DNA of 47,636 nt, from NCBI GenBank assembly GCA_049287785.1, contig JBAQGL010000283.1:1-47636 (forward strand), written 5' to 3'. Both the position numbers and the translations under genes were made by a program. Position 1 is the stretch's first letter, and every line of letters begins with the position of its first letter. The stretch comes from Candidatus Dormiibacterota bacterium (GTDB lineage: Bacteria > Chloroflexota > Dormibacteria > Aeolococcales > Aeolococcaceae). Under the pieces are notes generated by a model. It was not told where the DNA came from and made no database searches. It saw nothing but the letters and a program-made list of their open reading frames with translations. Below, one piece after another: positions 9,117-17,370 of this stretch.

Positions 9117-9612
9117 GACCCGTACCGCAGTCGACGTCCTCTCGGCGACCCCAACCAAGCAGCTCGTCATCGAGCGCACTCTCAAGGCCTCGCCCGAGCG
9201 GGTCTTCGACGCCTTCACCGATCCGGATCAGCTCACGCAGTGGTGGTGGCCCAACGGCTTCACCTGCCCGGCTGCCGAGGTGGACCTTCGTGTCGGTGGG
9301 GCCTACCGGCTCGCCATGGAGTGGCCCGACTCCATCCCTACGGAGGGCCAGTTCTCCCACTACATGGGTGGTGAGTTTTACGAGATCGATCGTCCGAATC
9401 GTCTGGTCATGAGCGGCCGGGCGGGCAACGACGAACAGGGCGAGCTTTTCGCAACGCTCATTGAACTGACCCTTGAGGCCCGCGACGGGGGAACCGCGCT
9501 CACCATGCGCCAGTCCTACTTCGAGCCGATGCCGCCCGCCGAAGCGTTGGCCGGTGCTGAGCAGGGCTGGTCCGAGCAGCTCGACAAGCTCGAGCGGCTT
9601 CTCGCGGGCTGA
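9109..9612 (+). CDS. SRPBCC-fold protein (Aha1/BPI-like, activator of Hsp90 ATPase homolog 1-like family)
   Basis: IERTLKASPERVFDAFTDPDQLTQWWWP motif. AAAGGAGG RBS at 9095..9102. ATG 9109 overlaps the ArsR stop by 8 nt. ArsR-SRPBCC is a common conserved pair. Confidence 0.85.
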   Translation: MPETRTAVDVLSATPTKQLVIERTLKASPERVFDAFTDPDQLTQWWWPNGFTCPAAEVDLRVGGAYRLAMEWPDSIPTEGQFSHYMGGEFYEIDRPNRLVMSGRAGNDEQGELFATLIELTLEARDGGTALTMRQSYFEPMPPAEALAGAEQGWSEQLDKLERLLAG

Positions 9613-9620
9613 CCCAGAGC

Positions 9621-10529
9621 GTGGACATGAAAACGCACACCCTTGATACCGGCGAGGCCGACATCGTCTACGACGTCCAGGGCCCGTTGCCCACCACCGA
9701 CGGACGCCCCGCGCTGTTCATGATCGGGCAGCCGATGGACGCCGGCGGCTTCCGGACGCTGGCGTCCTACTTCCCAGACCGCACCGTGATCACCTATGAC
9801 CCGCGCGGCCTCGGCCGCAGCATCCGCAAAGACGGTCGGGTGGACAACGCACCCACCGTCCAGGCAGGCGATGTGCACGCCGTCATCGGGACTCTCGACG
9901 CCGGTCCGGTCGAGATGTTCGCGAGCAGTGGTGGTGCGGTCACCGCGCTTGCGCTCGTGGCGGCATACCCCAACGATGTCAGCGTTTTGGTGGCCCATGA
10001 GCCGCCACTCGTGCCGGTGCTTCCCGACGCGGGAGCCGCCGAGCGCGCGGTGGCCCAATTTCGCGACGCGTACGCGACCAAGGGATGGGGTGCTGGAATG
10101 GCGGCCTTCATCGCCATGACGTCCTGGCATGGAGAGTTCACCGACGAATACTTCGCTCGAGCGTTACCGGATCCCGCCCAGTTCGGGATGCCTCCGGGAG
10201 ACGACGGCTCCCGTGAGGACCCCCTGCTCTCAGACCGTTCCGCGGCGGTTACTGACTACCGCCCCGATGTCGAGGCGCTGGTCGCGGCGCCGACACGCGT
10301 CGTGATCGCCGTGGGCGAAGAATCCGCGGGAACGTTTACCGGACGCACATCGGTGGCCATGGCCGAACTGCTTGGTCAGCCAGCGACGGTCTTCCCGAGC
10401 CATCACGGTGGTTTCGTGGGCGGCGACTCGGGATACGCGGGCCAGCCCGAAGCGTTCGCGCGCAGGCTGCGCGAGATCCTCGATGACGGCCGCGAGCGGC
10501 ATCCCAAGGGTGCTGTTACCGCCAACTAA
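9621..10529 (+). CDS. alpha/beta hydrolase
   Basis: ~300 aa with PALFMIGQPMDAGGF...DPRGLGRS and a nucleophile-elbow-like FASSGGA. Starts 8 nt after the preceding gene. Confidence 0.75.
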   Translation: MDMKTHTLDTGEADIVYDVQGPLPTTDGRPALFMIGQPMDAGGFRTLASYFPDRTVITYDPRGLGRSIRKDGRVDNAPTVQAGDVHAVIGTLDAGPVEMFASSGGAVTALALVAAYPNDVSVLVAHEPPLVPVLPDAGAAERAVAQFRDAYATKGWGAGMAAFIAMTSWHGEFTDEYFARALPDPAQFGMPPGDDGSREDPLLSDRSAAVTDYRPDVEALVAAPTRVVIAVGEESAGTFTGRTSVAMAELLGQPATVFPSHHGGFVGGDSGYAGQPEAFARRLREILDDGRERHPKGAVTAN

Positions 10530-10544
10530 GGAAGGAACACGACG

Positions 10545-11135
10545 ATGCCAGAACTCCTCATCGACTTCATCACTTCTCTCGATGGCTACGCGGCCGCCGA
10601 GGGCTGGCCCGGCTGGTGGGGCCTCGAAGGACCCGAGTACCTCGCGTGGCTGGGCGAGCAGCCCGAAGGGGATTACACGGTGCTGATGGGCGCAACCACG
10701 TACCGCGTCATGTCGACGTTCGCTGGACAGGGCGAGCCGGGCACCGGTGCCCTGGCGGCCTTGTCGAAGGTCGTCTTCTCGACCACGTTGAGCGAGCCAC
10801 TTTCCTGGGCGAATACGCGACTCGTGGCTCAAGACCCGATTGAAGCTGTGCGTGAGATGAAAGACAAGGCCTCCAAGTCGATGCGAACAATCGGCAGCCT
10901 CACTCTGTGCCGCTCGCTTCTCAAGGCCGGGCTCGTGGACCGCTTCCGCGTGGTCGTCTTTCCCGTCATCACCGGAAGCAGCGGTCGGGAGCGGATCTAT
11001 GACGGCTATCCCGATGTCGCTCTTGGCATGGTCAACAGCCGGACGTTCGATGGTCGCATCCAACTCCTCGAGTACGTTCCGACGCTTCTCTCTGCACCGC
11101 CGAGCACCAAGAAGGTCATGAGCCTCAGTCAGTAA
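10545..11135 (+). CDS. dihydrofolate reductase family protein (RibD C-terminal domain-like)
   Basis: LLIDFITSLDGYAA...VLMGATTYRVM...RFRVVVFPVITGSSGRERIYDG is typical of the RibD_C/YyaP family. AAGGAAGGAA RBS lies upstream. Confidence 0.8.
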   Translation: MPELLIDFITSLDGYAAAEGWPGWWGLEGPEYLAWLGEQPEGDYTVLMGATTYRVMSTFAGQGEPGTGALAALSKVVFSTTLSEPLSWANTRLVAQDPIEAVREMKDKASKSMRTIGSLTLCRSLLKAGLVDRFRVVVFPVITGSSGRERIYDGYPDVALGMVNSRTFDGRIQLLEYVPTLLSAPPSTKKVMSLSQ

Positions 11136-11189
11136 GCTCTTCGCCGCAGCTGTTTTGAGCCCACGCCACGTTCTCCGCCTCGCACAACC

Positions 11190-12413
11190 ATGAGCGTGGC
11201 TCTGGCGATCCGCGCGAAGCGGATTTTCGACGGCGAGCGAATGCTCGGCGCCGGCATGGTGCTGGTTGAGCACGGTCGCATCAGCGCCGTCGACGTCAGC
11301 GGCGCCACCCCACCCGCCCACGCGCAGCTCATCGACTGCGGTGATAACGCAACGCTCCTACCCGGCCTCATCGACTGCCACGTGCACCTCGGCCTTGACG
11401 CGACGCCCAACGCCCTCGCCTACCTCGTCACCTCCGACGACGCCACGGTCATGGAGCAGATGCGGCGAGCCGCAGCCACCGCGCTGCGCGCCGGCATCAC
11501 GACCATGCGCGATCTCGGTGATCGCAGCTACCTCACCCTGCAGTTGCGCGACCGGCACCCCGACGGCACGCTGCTCCCGGAGATCGTCGCCGCCGGGGTC
11601 CCAATCACCACGCCGGGTGGCCACTTCGCCGCGCTCGGCGGAGCGGCAGCCGGACCGGAGGCGCTGCGTGCTGCAGTTCGCGAGCGCGCTGACCGTGGGT
11701 GCCAGGTGGTGAAGGTGATGGCCAGCGGCGGCAACCTGACCCCGGGCAGCCTGCCCCATGAGTCGCAATTCGGGCTCGATGAGCTGCGCCTCATCGTCGT
11801 GGAGGCTCATCGCCAGGGGCTCGCGACGGCCGCCCACGCGCACGGCAAGGCCGCCATCATCGACGCCTTCGAGGCCGGCTTCGACACCCTTGAACACGTC
11901 ACCTTCTTCACCGCGGAGGGCGTCGACTCCGACCCGGCTGTCATCGAACGGATCGCGCAGCGCGGCACCTTCGTGAGCCTGACGGTGGGCAACGTCCCGG
12001 GCGCCCCGGCTCCGCCTCCCGGCGTGGCACAGCGGCTGCCGCAGATGCTCGAGAACGCACGACGACTGTGCAGCTCAGGGGCACGAATCGTGCCTGGGCC
12101 TGATGGCGGGGCCACGCCGGGCAAGCCGCACAACGTGCTGCCGTATGCCCTCCAGGCGCTCGTTGACCTCGGCATGAGGCCAGTCGACGCGCTGCGAGCG
12201 GCCACCGTCGTGGCGGCCGGCGCCTGCGGCGTCGCCGACCGCAAGGGCCGGATCGCCGCAGGTTCCGACGCGGACCTTCTCGCGGTGACGGGCAATCCGC
12301 TCGCGGACATCGCAGCGATCCGCTCCGTCGTGCTGGTCATCCGCGGTGGGCACATCGCGGTCGATGAGACAGGTGCGCGCGAACAGGCCATGCCGGGCAG
12401 TTCGCCACCGTGA
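11190..12413 (+). CDS. amidohydrolase family metal-dependent hydrolase
   Basis: LLPGLIDCHVHLGLD (HxH metal motif), AAHAHG, and GSDADLLAV...NPLADI at the C-terminus. Confidence 0.85.
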   Translation: MSVALAIRAKRIFDGERMLGAGMVLVEHGRISAVDVSGATPPAHAQLIDCGDNATLLPGLIDCHVHLGLDATPNALAYLVTSDDATVMEQMRRAAATALRAGITTMRDLGDRSYLTLQLRDRHPDGTLLPEIVAAGVPITTPGGHFAALGGAAAGPEALRAAVRERADRGCQVVKVMASGGNLTPGSLPHESQFGLDELRLIVVEAHRQGLATAAHAHGKAAIIDAFEAGFDTLEHVTFFTAEGVDSDPAVIERIAQRGTFVSLTVGNVPGAPAPPPGVAQRLPQMLENARRLCSSGARIVPGPDGGATPGKPHNVLPYALQALVDLGMRPVDALRAATVVAAGACGVADRKGRIAAGSDADLLAVTGNPLADIAAIRSVVLVIRGGHIAVDETGAREQAMPGSSPP

Positions 12414-12438
12414 ACGGCCGGTTGGTGCCGCCCGTACC

Positions 12439-13587
12439 CTAGGCCTTCTCAGCCTCGAGCAATGCCAGGTCCGCCGGCGTGCGACGCACGCTCGTCGGAC
12501 GGAGTCCAGCTTTGGTCATGAGCTCCTGAATCTCGGGGATCGAACGCTCCCGACCACCTTCCGACACGACCAGCATCTGCAGGTCGATCGGCGAGAACCG
12601 GCCATGCGCTGTGTTCCGCTCCTGGACGCCCTCGATCACCACCAGCTTGGCGCCGGGCGGCATTGCGGACGCGACGTTGCCGAGGACGCGTACGCAGTCG
12701 GCATCGTCCCAGTCATGAAGGATCCACTTCAGCAAATAGACGTCGGCGCTCACGCGAAGGTCGCCGAAGAGGTCCCCCTGTCGAAGCTCGACCCGTTCGG
12801 CAAGACCGAGCGAATCGAGGTACGTGAAGGCTTCGGCCAGTACCAACGGGGCTTCGACGAGGATGCCTCGCGCCTGCGGCGTCCGGCGCAGCACCTCGCC
12901 GAGCAGCGCTCCGGCTCCACCGGCGATGTCACATACGACCCCGGTGCCCGGGAACTTGTACGACGCGGCGATCGCCGATGCCTCCGAGAGCGTCAGCCCC
13001 GACAGCCCGGCGGCGAAGGCGCGTCCCTCCGTCGGATTGGCGTCGAACCACGCGAAGATTGACATGCCGTTCTGGCGGTTGAAGGCCGGCTCACCGGTGC
13101 GCAGCGTCGCGGCGAGGTCTCCCCAGGCGTTCTGGTGCGCCTTCGAAGCCATGAACGCGCACCACTGATCGGACGCGTACGGGGCATCGCTGGTGAGCGC
13201 CCTGGTCAGCCGGGTAGCGTGGAACCGACCGGACCGGTCGAGGCGCACCAGGTTGTACACGGCGCCCATGCGCAGCGCACGGTGGAGGGCATCGGCATCA
13301 CAGTGCAATGTGGTGGCCAGCTCGTCGGCCGTTTTGGGACCAGAGGCGAGCTCGTCGGCCACACCCAGCTCGACCATGGCCCCGAGGAGGTATGCGACGG
13401 AGAACCCCGCGGAGTGCTCGAGGATCGCCAGCTCGGACGGGAGGACCCGGTCCGCCGCGCGGAGCAGGACGCTGCGGAGCTTCATCGCGGCGTGAACGGC
13501 CAGTCGCGGTGGAACCTGGGTTCGCGGGCCTCGCCGGGCGAGAGCGACATGATCGGCGGCTTCGTCGGAGATCGCGCGTACAGCCAT
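12439..13587 (-). CDS. SAM-dependent O-methyltransferase (family 2, with N-terminal dimerisation/winged-helix domain)
   Basis: VCDIAGGAGALLGEVLRRTPQARGILVE (SAM motif I), GDLFGDL...DVYLLKWILHDWDD, and an N-terminal ELGVADELA dimerisation-domain signature. Confidence 0.85.
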   Translation of the reverse strand: MAVRAISDEAADHVALARRGPRTQVPPRLAVHAAMKLRSVLLRAADRVLPSELAILEHSAGFSVAYLLGAMVELGVADELASGPKTADELATTLHCDADALHRALRMGAVYNLVRLDRSGRFHATRLTRALTSDAPYASDQWCAFMASKAHQNAWGDLAATLRTGEPAFNRQNGMSIFAWFDANPTEGRAFAAGLSGLTLSEASAIAASYKFPGTGVVCDIAGGAGALLGEVLRRTPQARGILVEAPLVLAEAFTYLDSLGLAERVELRQGDLFGDLRVSADVYLLKWILHDWDDADCVRVLGNVASAMPPGAKLVVIEGVQERNTAHGRFSPIDLQMLVVSEGGRERSIPEIQELMTKAGLRPTSVRRTPADLALLEAEKA

Positions 13588-13638
13588 TGGAGAGCTCCTC
13601 AGTGTATTTCACCATACCTAGAGTATGACGGTTAGACT
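13588..13638. promoter_or_regulatory. 51-nt divergent control region between the O-methyltransferase and TetR genes, with two short palindromes
   Basis: AT-richer spacer containing CATAC-ctaga-GTATG and ACTAT-gagt-ATAGT inverted repeats. Neither flanking gene has an SD sequence, so the transcripts are probably leaderless. Confidence 0.35.
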
Positions 13639-14298
13639 ATGAGTATAGTGAATAAGGGTTCGGCTGTGAAGCGGCCCTATCAGTCCCCCCTTCGAAGGGC
13701 GCAAGCACAGTCGACGCGCCTGACGATCATCGAAGCCGCCGCGCGGCTCTTCGTCACCCGCGGCTACGCCGGCACGTCCATGGACGACATCGCGACCGCC
13801 GCCGGCGTGGGACGGGCGACCGTGTTCGCATCGGTGGGTGGAAAGGCGGCGATCCTCAAGGCCGCGTACGACATCGCGATTGTGGGTGACGACGACCCCA
13901 TACCCCTGCCCCAACGCCCGTGGGCAATCGCCGTGCGCAATGAACCGGATCCACTGCGGATGATCGACGCCTACGCGGGGATGATCACCGATGTGTCCGG
14001 TCGAGTCGCTCCGATCTACGAGGCCATGCACGGCGCGGCCGGCGCCGACACCGAGGTGAAAGCCCTCTGGGACGGCATGCGAACAGAACGTCGCGGGGGC
14101 GCCGCCGGCTTTGTCGGTTTCCTCGTTGCTCGCCATGCGCTCCGTTCCGGCGTGGACCGTAAGCGCGCGGGCGATGTGGTTTGGGCGCTCATCGACCCGG
14201 GGATGTATCAGCTCCTCGTGAACGAGATGGCGTGGACGCCCGCACAGTTTAGGAAATGGCTGGCCGATACCCTCGCGGACCAACTGCTGCAGCGGTGA
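13639..14298 (+). CDS. TetR/AcrR family transcriptional regulator
   Basis: RLTIIEAAARLFVTRGYAGTSMDDIATAAGVGRATVF is the TetR HTH signature. Confidence 0.9.
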   Translation: MSIVNKGSAVKRPYQSPLRRAQAQSTRLTIIEAAARLFVTRGYAGTSMDDIATAAGVGRATVFASVGGKAAILKAAYDIAIVGDDDPIPLPQRPWAIAVRNEPDPLRMIDAYAGMITDVSGRVAPIYEAMHGAAGADTEVKALWDGMRTERRGGAAGFVGFLVARHALRSGVDRKRAGDVVWALIDPGMYQLLVNEMAWTPAQFRKWLADTLADQLLQR

Positions 14299-14348
14299 GG
14301 GCCCTTGACCCACACGACGATCTCAGGGGGTATTCAGAGCACAGTCCG

Positions 14349-14376
14349 GAATGCCGACTCCCTGGAAAAGGCATTC
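14349..14376. terminator. candidate hairpin between convergent genes (GAATGCC-N14-GGCATTC)
   Basis: 7-bp inverted repeat in the 146-nt convergent spacer between the TetR and lipoprotein genes. No clear U-tract. Confidence 0.2.
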
Positions 14377-14444
14377 GTGCGTCAAACGACCAAGCGCAGT
14401 CACACCTTCCTCCTCCTGCAATAGCGAGCGCATCGGTCTCCCTG

Positions 14445-15656
14445 CTATCCGGTCAGTACTCCGCATGAGCCCCAGTTTGGGTTCGCACTGATCTCACTCA
14501 CCGCCTTTCCCTGCACCGTGTAGAGCCAGATGCTCTGATTCGCGGTGAGGGCAACCAGTTCGTTGTCGCTCCACCACCCCAGAATACTCAGATTGGGCAA
14601 GTCGATATGACTGTGCTCGGGCACGTCGACGAGTTCGATGCTGGACACTGGGGTGGAGCCATTACAGGTATCGTTCTGACTCACTCGATTGACCGCGACA
14701 TAGTCGTCATCTGGGCTGATCGCAAGCTGGGGTTCGAGGTCGTACACGAAAGCACCGGCAACCAACGACGCGCTCTCTGTGTAGGTCACGCCATTGATAA
14801 CCACCGCGTGTTCGTCACTGTTCAGCCAGCCGACCGTATCCCGAGCGTCGGCGTTCAGAAGTTGCTCACCCCCAGTCAGCAGGCCACTGAGTGCGCCGGT
14901 GCTCGGGTTGATAACAAATGCAGCGGTGCCGGTTCCGGTGTACGCGGAGCAACGCGTATTGGACGGGATTCGCACCATGATGATCCCCAGGGTGGTCCAG
15001 CCAGGCGCGGTGTCCGTGAACCCGAGAGGTGCCTCCCAATGGAAGAGCGTCCGCACCGGCTTGCCAAGGCCACTGACGTCAACCTGGCCGTACTCCCTTC
15101 CCGCTGCACTCATCCCGGAATAGACGTTCCAGGCCCAGTCGGTGCCGTCAGGCGATGTGATCAATGCCTCGGTGTTCGACCCCAGCGGCTCAGCCCAGTT
15201 CCCGAGCGTCGTGCCTGTTCTGGAGAGCACAACGATGTCGGTCACCGCACCACCCGGCCCGTAGGCGGAAGGGGTGTCGACCAGCAGAATGTTCGGACCT
15301 GCTACTTGAGGGCTCACGTTTTGTCCCTGGGTAAGCACCTGTTGCGCGGTCTCACCGGTCATCTGCTCCATGGCGGCCGCCGTCAACCCCCACTGTTCCA
15401 CCCCCAGGGCGTTGACGACCTTCACGTCCGCGCTGTTCGACAGCACGAGAAGCGGAGGCAGGGGCGTCGGAGTTGGGCTCGCCGGCGGCACGGCACTCGG
15501 CGTTGGGCTCGACGTTGTTGCAGCGCTTGATGTCGGCTGCACCGATGGGGTCACGCTCGGTGGTGGCACGGTTGGGCTTGGTGCCGGGCCGGACCCACAT
15601 GCTGCGAGGCCAAGGGCGACAATCGCGGTGGTGATAATGGCGGTGGTGCGTTTCAC
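14445..15656 (-). CDS. lipoprotein of unknown function (beta-rich, possibly propeller-like)
   Basis: A GTG at 15656 gives VKRTTAIITTAIVALGLAACGSG, a signal peptide with lipobox LAAC. A Pro/Ser/Thr-rich linker follows, then a ~330-aa beta-rich domain. The 55 upstream codons of the track ORF are Arg/Pro-rich and overlap the upstream gene. Confidence 0.6.
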   Translation of the reverse strand: MKRTTAIITTAIVALGLAACGSGPAPSPTVPPPSVTPSVQPTSSAATTSSPTPSAVPPASPTPTPLPPLLVLSNSADVKVVNALGVEQWGLTAAAMEQMTGETAQQVLTQGQNVSPQVAGPNILLVDTPSAYGPGGAVTDIVVLSRTGTTLGNWAEPLGSNTEALITSPDGTDWAWNVYSGMSAAGREYGQVDVSGLGKPVRTLFHWEAPLGFTDTAPGWTTLGIIMVRIPSNTRCSAYTGTGTAAFVINPSTGALSGLLTGGEQLLNADARDTVGWLNSDEHAVVINGVTYTESASLVAGAFVYDLEPQLAISPDDDYVAVNRVSQNDTCNGSTPVSSIELVDVPEHSHIDLPNLSILGWWSDNELVALTANQSIWLYTVQGKAVSEISANPNWGSCGVLTG

Positions 15657-15678
15657 GGATGCTGTCTCACCGCTGTTG

Positions 15679-16164
15679 CTATATCGACTTCCCTGGACAA
15701 GCCGGAATGGTGAGGGTGCCGTGCGCGACCGCCGCTTCCACGGCGGTGCTCGACGCCTCGGTCCAGCCCCACGTGCCCTGCTGGAAGGCGTTATTCGCAC
15801 TCCCAAAACCTTCCACCCCAATCGACATTGTGGGAGAGGTCACCAGGTTGGTTATATCGAGTCCAATCCCAAGATAGTCTCCGATTGTCAGGTTGTGCCA
15901 GGTGGCGATGCCCAAGATGCTTCCCTTTGGAAAGGGCTTCTGAGCCCACATCAGCGGCACGTTCGAGCAGGTCACGGTCACGTAGACACCCGGCATCGGT
16001 GTAGGCGTGGGTGGGATCGGCGTTGCGGTTGGCGTTGGCGCCACTGACGGAGCGGCCGTTGGGGCGAGGGTTGGGCTCGCGGTCGGCGGCGTCACCGGCG
16101 TCGAAGCACATGCTGCCAGGCCAACGGCGACAAGAGCAGCGCCGGCAATGTTCGTGAGCTTCAC
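15679..16164 (-). CDS. small lipoprotein of unknown function
   Basis: GTG start preceded by AAAGGAA. MKLTNIAGAALVAVGLAACAS (lipobox LAAC), then a Pro/Thr-rich linker and a ~100-aa domain. Lies 22 nt upstream of the next lipoprotein gene. Confidence 0.6.
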   Translation of the reverse strand: MKLTNIAGAALVAVGLAACASTPVTPPTASPTLAPTAAPSVAPTPTATPIPPTPTPMPGVYVTVTCSNVPLMWAQKPFPKGSILGIATWHNLTIGDYLGIGLDITNLVTSPTMSIGVEGFGSANNAFQQGTWGWTEASSTAVEAAVAHGTLTIPACPGKSI

Positions 16165-16334
16165 GTCAATTTCCTTTCACGAAACCGACCACGAGCTGAC
16201 GATTGCCATGATCCTGGCAACAACTCCTCGAGAGCTCGCGATCGGCATCATGCCCGGTAAACGCAAACGCGTCATCCGAGTTACGACGCCTCTCCGTGAG
16301 AACGTCTTTTGCAACTCCCCATGCAGGAACGGGG

Positions 16335-16407
16335 AGCGGGAGACGAGACTCGAACTCGCGACATCCAGCTTGGAAGGCTAGCGCTCTACCAACTGAGCTA
16401 CTCCCGC
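16335..16407 (-). tRNA. tRNA-Gly (anticodon UCC)
   Basis: The reverse complement reads GCGGGAG-TA-GCTC-AGTTGGTA-GAGC-G-CTAGC-CTTCCAA-GCTGG-ATGTC-GCGAG-TTCGAGT-CTCGT-CTCCCGC-T. This is a perfect cloverleaf with a TTCGAGT T-loop and anticodon TCC. CCA is not encoded. Confidence 0.9.
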
Positions 16408-16471
16408 GTCCTGTCCATGGTACCCGCCGCTCGCGCTGAGGACGTGCCGGCAGTAGGCTCACGCGCAAACG

Positions 16472-17155
16472 GTGATCGTGAGGAGACGGATGAACCAGGC
16501 ACCGCGACCCGCGGCCTCGTCAACCTGGCGCGGGTCACACCTCGCTCGCGGTGTCCTTGCCGAACGGGGCTGGGGGTTGATCGTGAGCCTGCTGCTCATC
16601 CCGGCCATCCTCGCCACCAATCTCATCTACGAAGCGCTCAATCACGGCCCATATCGCATCTTTCTGGAGACACCGCTGGACCGCGCTCTTCCGGTCGTGC
16701 CGATCTTCGCCATTCCCTACGTCTCGCTGATTCCCTATATCGGCCTGAGCCTTGTTGCGTTTCTCTTCTTCCGGATCCGCGTGTACCGGTCGGCGGCCTT
16801 GACGATGATCGTCGTCTGGTTCATCAGCTACGCCTTCTATTTCTTCCTGCAGTCGTATGTGGCGCGGCCGGCAATCATGGGCACGGATCCCTTCTCGGGA
16901 ATCATCCGGACCATCTATGCGTCCGATCACCCCTACAACGATTTCCCGAGCCTGCACACGTCCCTGTCGACGGTCATCGCAATCCACTGGTGGCGATTCG
17001 ACCGGAGGATCGGCATTCCGGCGGCCATCTGGACGGCGCTGATCGTGGCCTCGACCGTCCTCGTGAAACAGCACTACCTCGCCGACGTGGCCGGCGGCCT
17101 GGTGCTCGCCGCGGTGACTTCCGTATTCGTGATGCGCGCCGCGCGGGCAGCCTGA
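16472..17155 (+). CDS. PAP2-superfamily membrane phosphatase / phosphotransferase
   Basis: Multiple TM helices plus PSLHT...VLVKQHYLADVAGG, the PAP2 C2/C3 motifs (SxH and HxxxD). The start could be ATG 16490. Confidence 0.75.
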   Translation: MIVRRRMNQAPRPAASSTWRGSHLARGVLAERGWGLIVSLLLIPAILATNLIYEALNHGPYRIFLETPLDRALPVVPIFAIPYVSLIPYIGLSLVAFLFFRIRVYRSAALTMIVVWFISYAFYFFLQSYVARPAIMGTDPFSGIIRTIYASDHPYNDFPSLHTSLSTVIAIHWWRFDRRIGIPAAIWTALIVASTVLVKQHYLADVAGGLVLAAVTSVFVMRAARAA

Positions 17156-17370
17156 TGCGCGGATTCATCGCCTGAGGTACGATGCAATCGATCAATCAAC
17201 ACGACCACTGGAGGGCAGCAGACATGGCACTTGCGATTGCGCCTGCAGCGCCCACCACCGATGTCGTGCCCGGCGGCTCCGCCGCCTGATCGTCCGTTGA
17301 ACCCGCGTCACATTCTGGTGCGGGACTGCAATCGGGGCTCCGGGCTCTCAGTGCAGCATGGAGTTCCCAC

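Noticed and set aside
10230-11321. 363-aa minus-strand ORF
   Set aside because: Antisense to the well-supported hydrolase and RibD_C-like genes. No motifs and arginine-rich composition.
16335-16407. tRNA-Gly as the attachment site of a recent integrative element
   Set aside because: No integrase, excisionase or transposase is present anywhere in the window, and I could not find a second copy of the tRNA 3' half. It is kept only as a weak island hypothesis.
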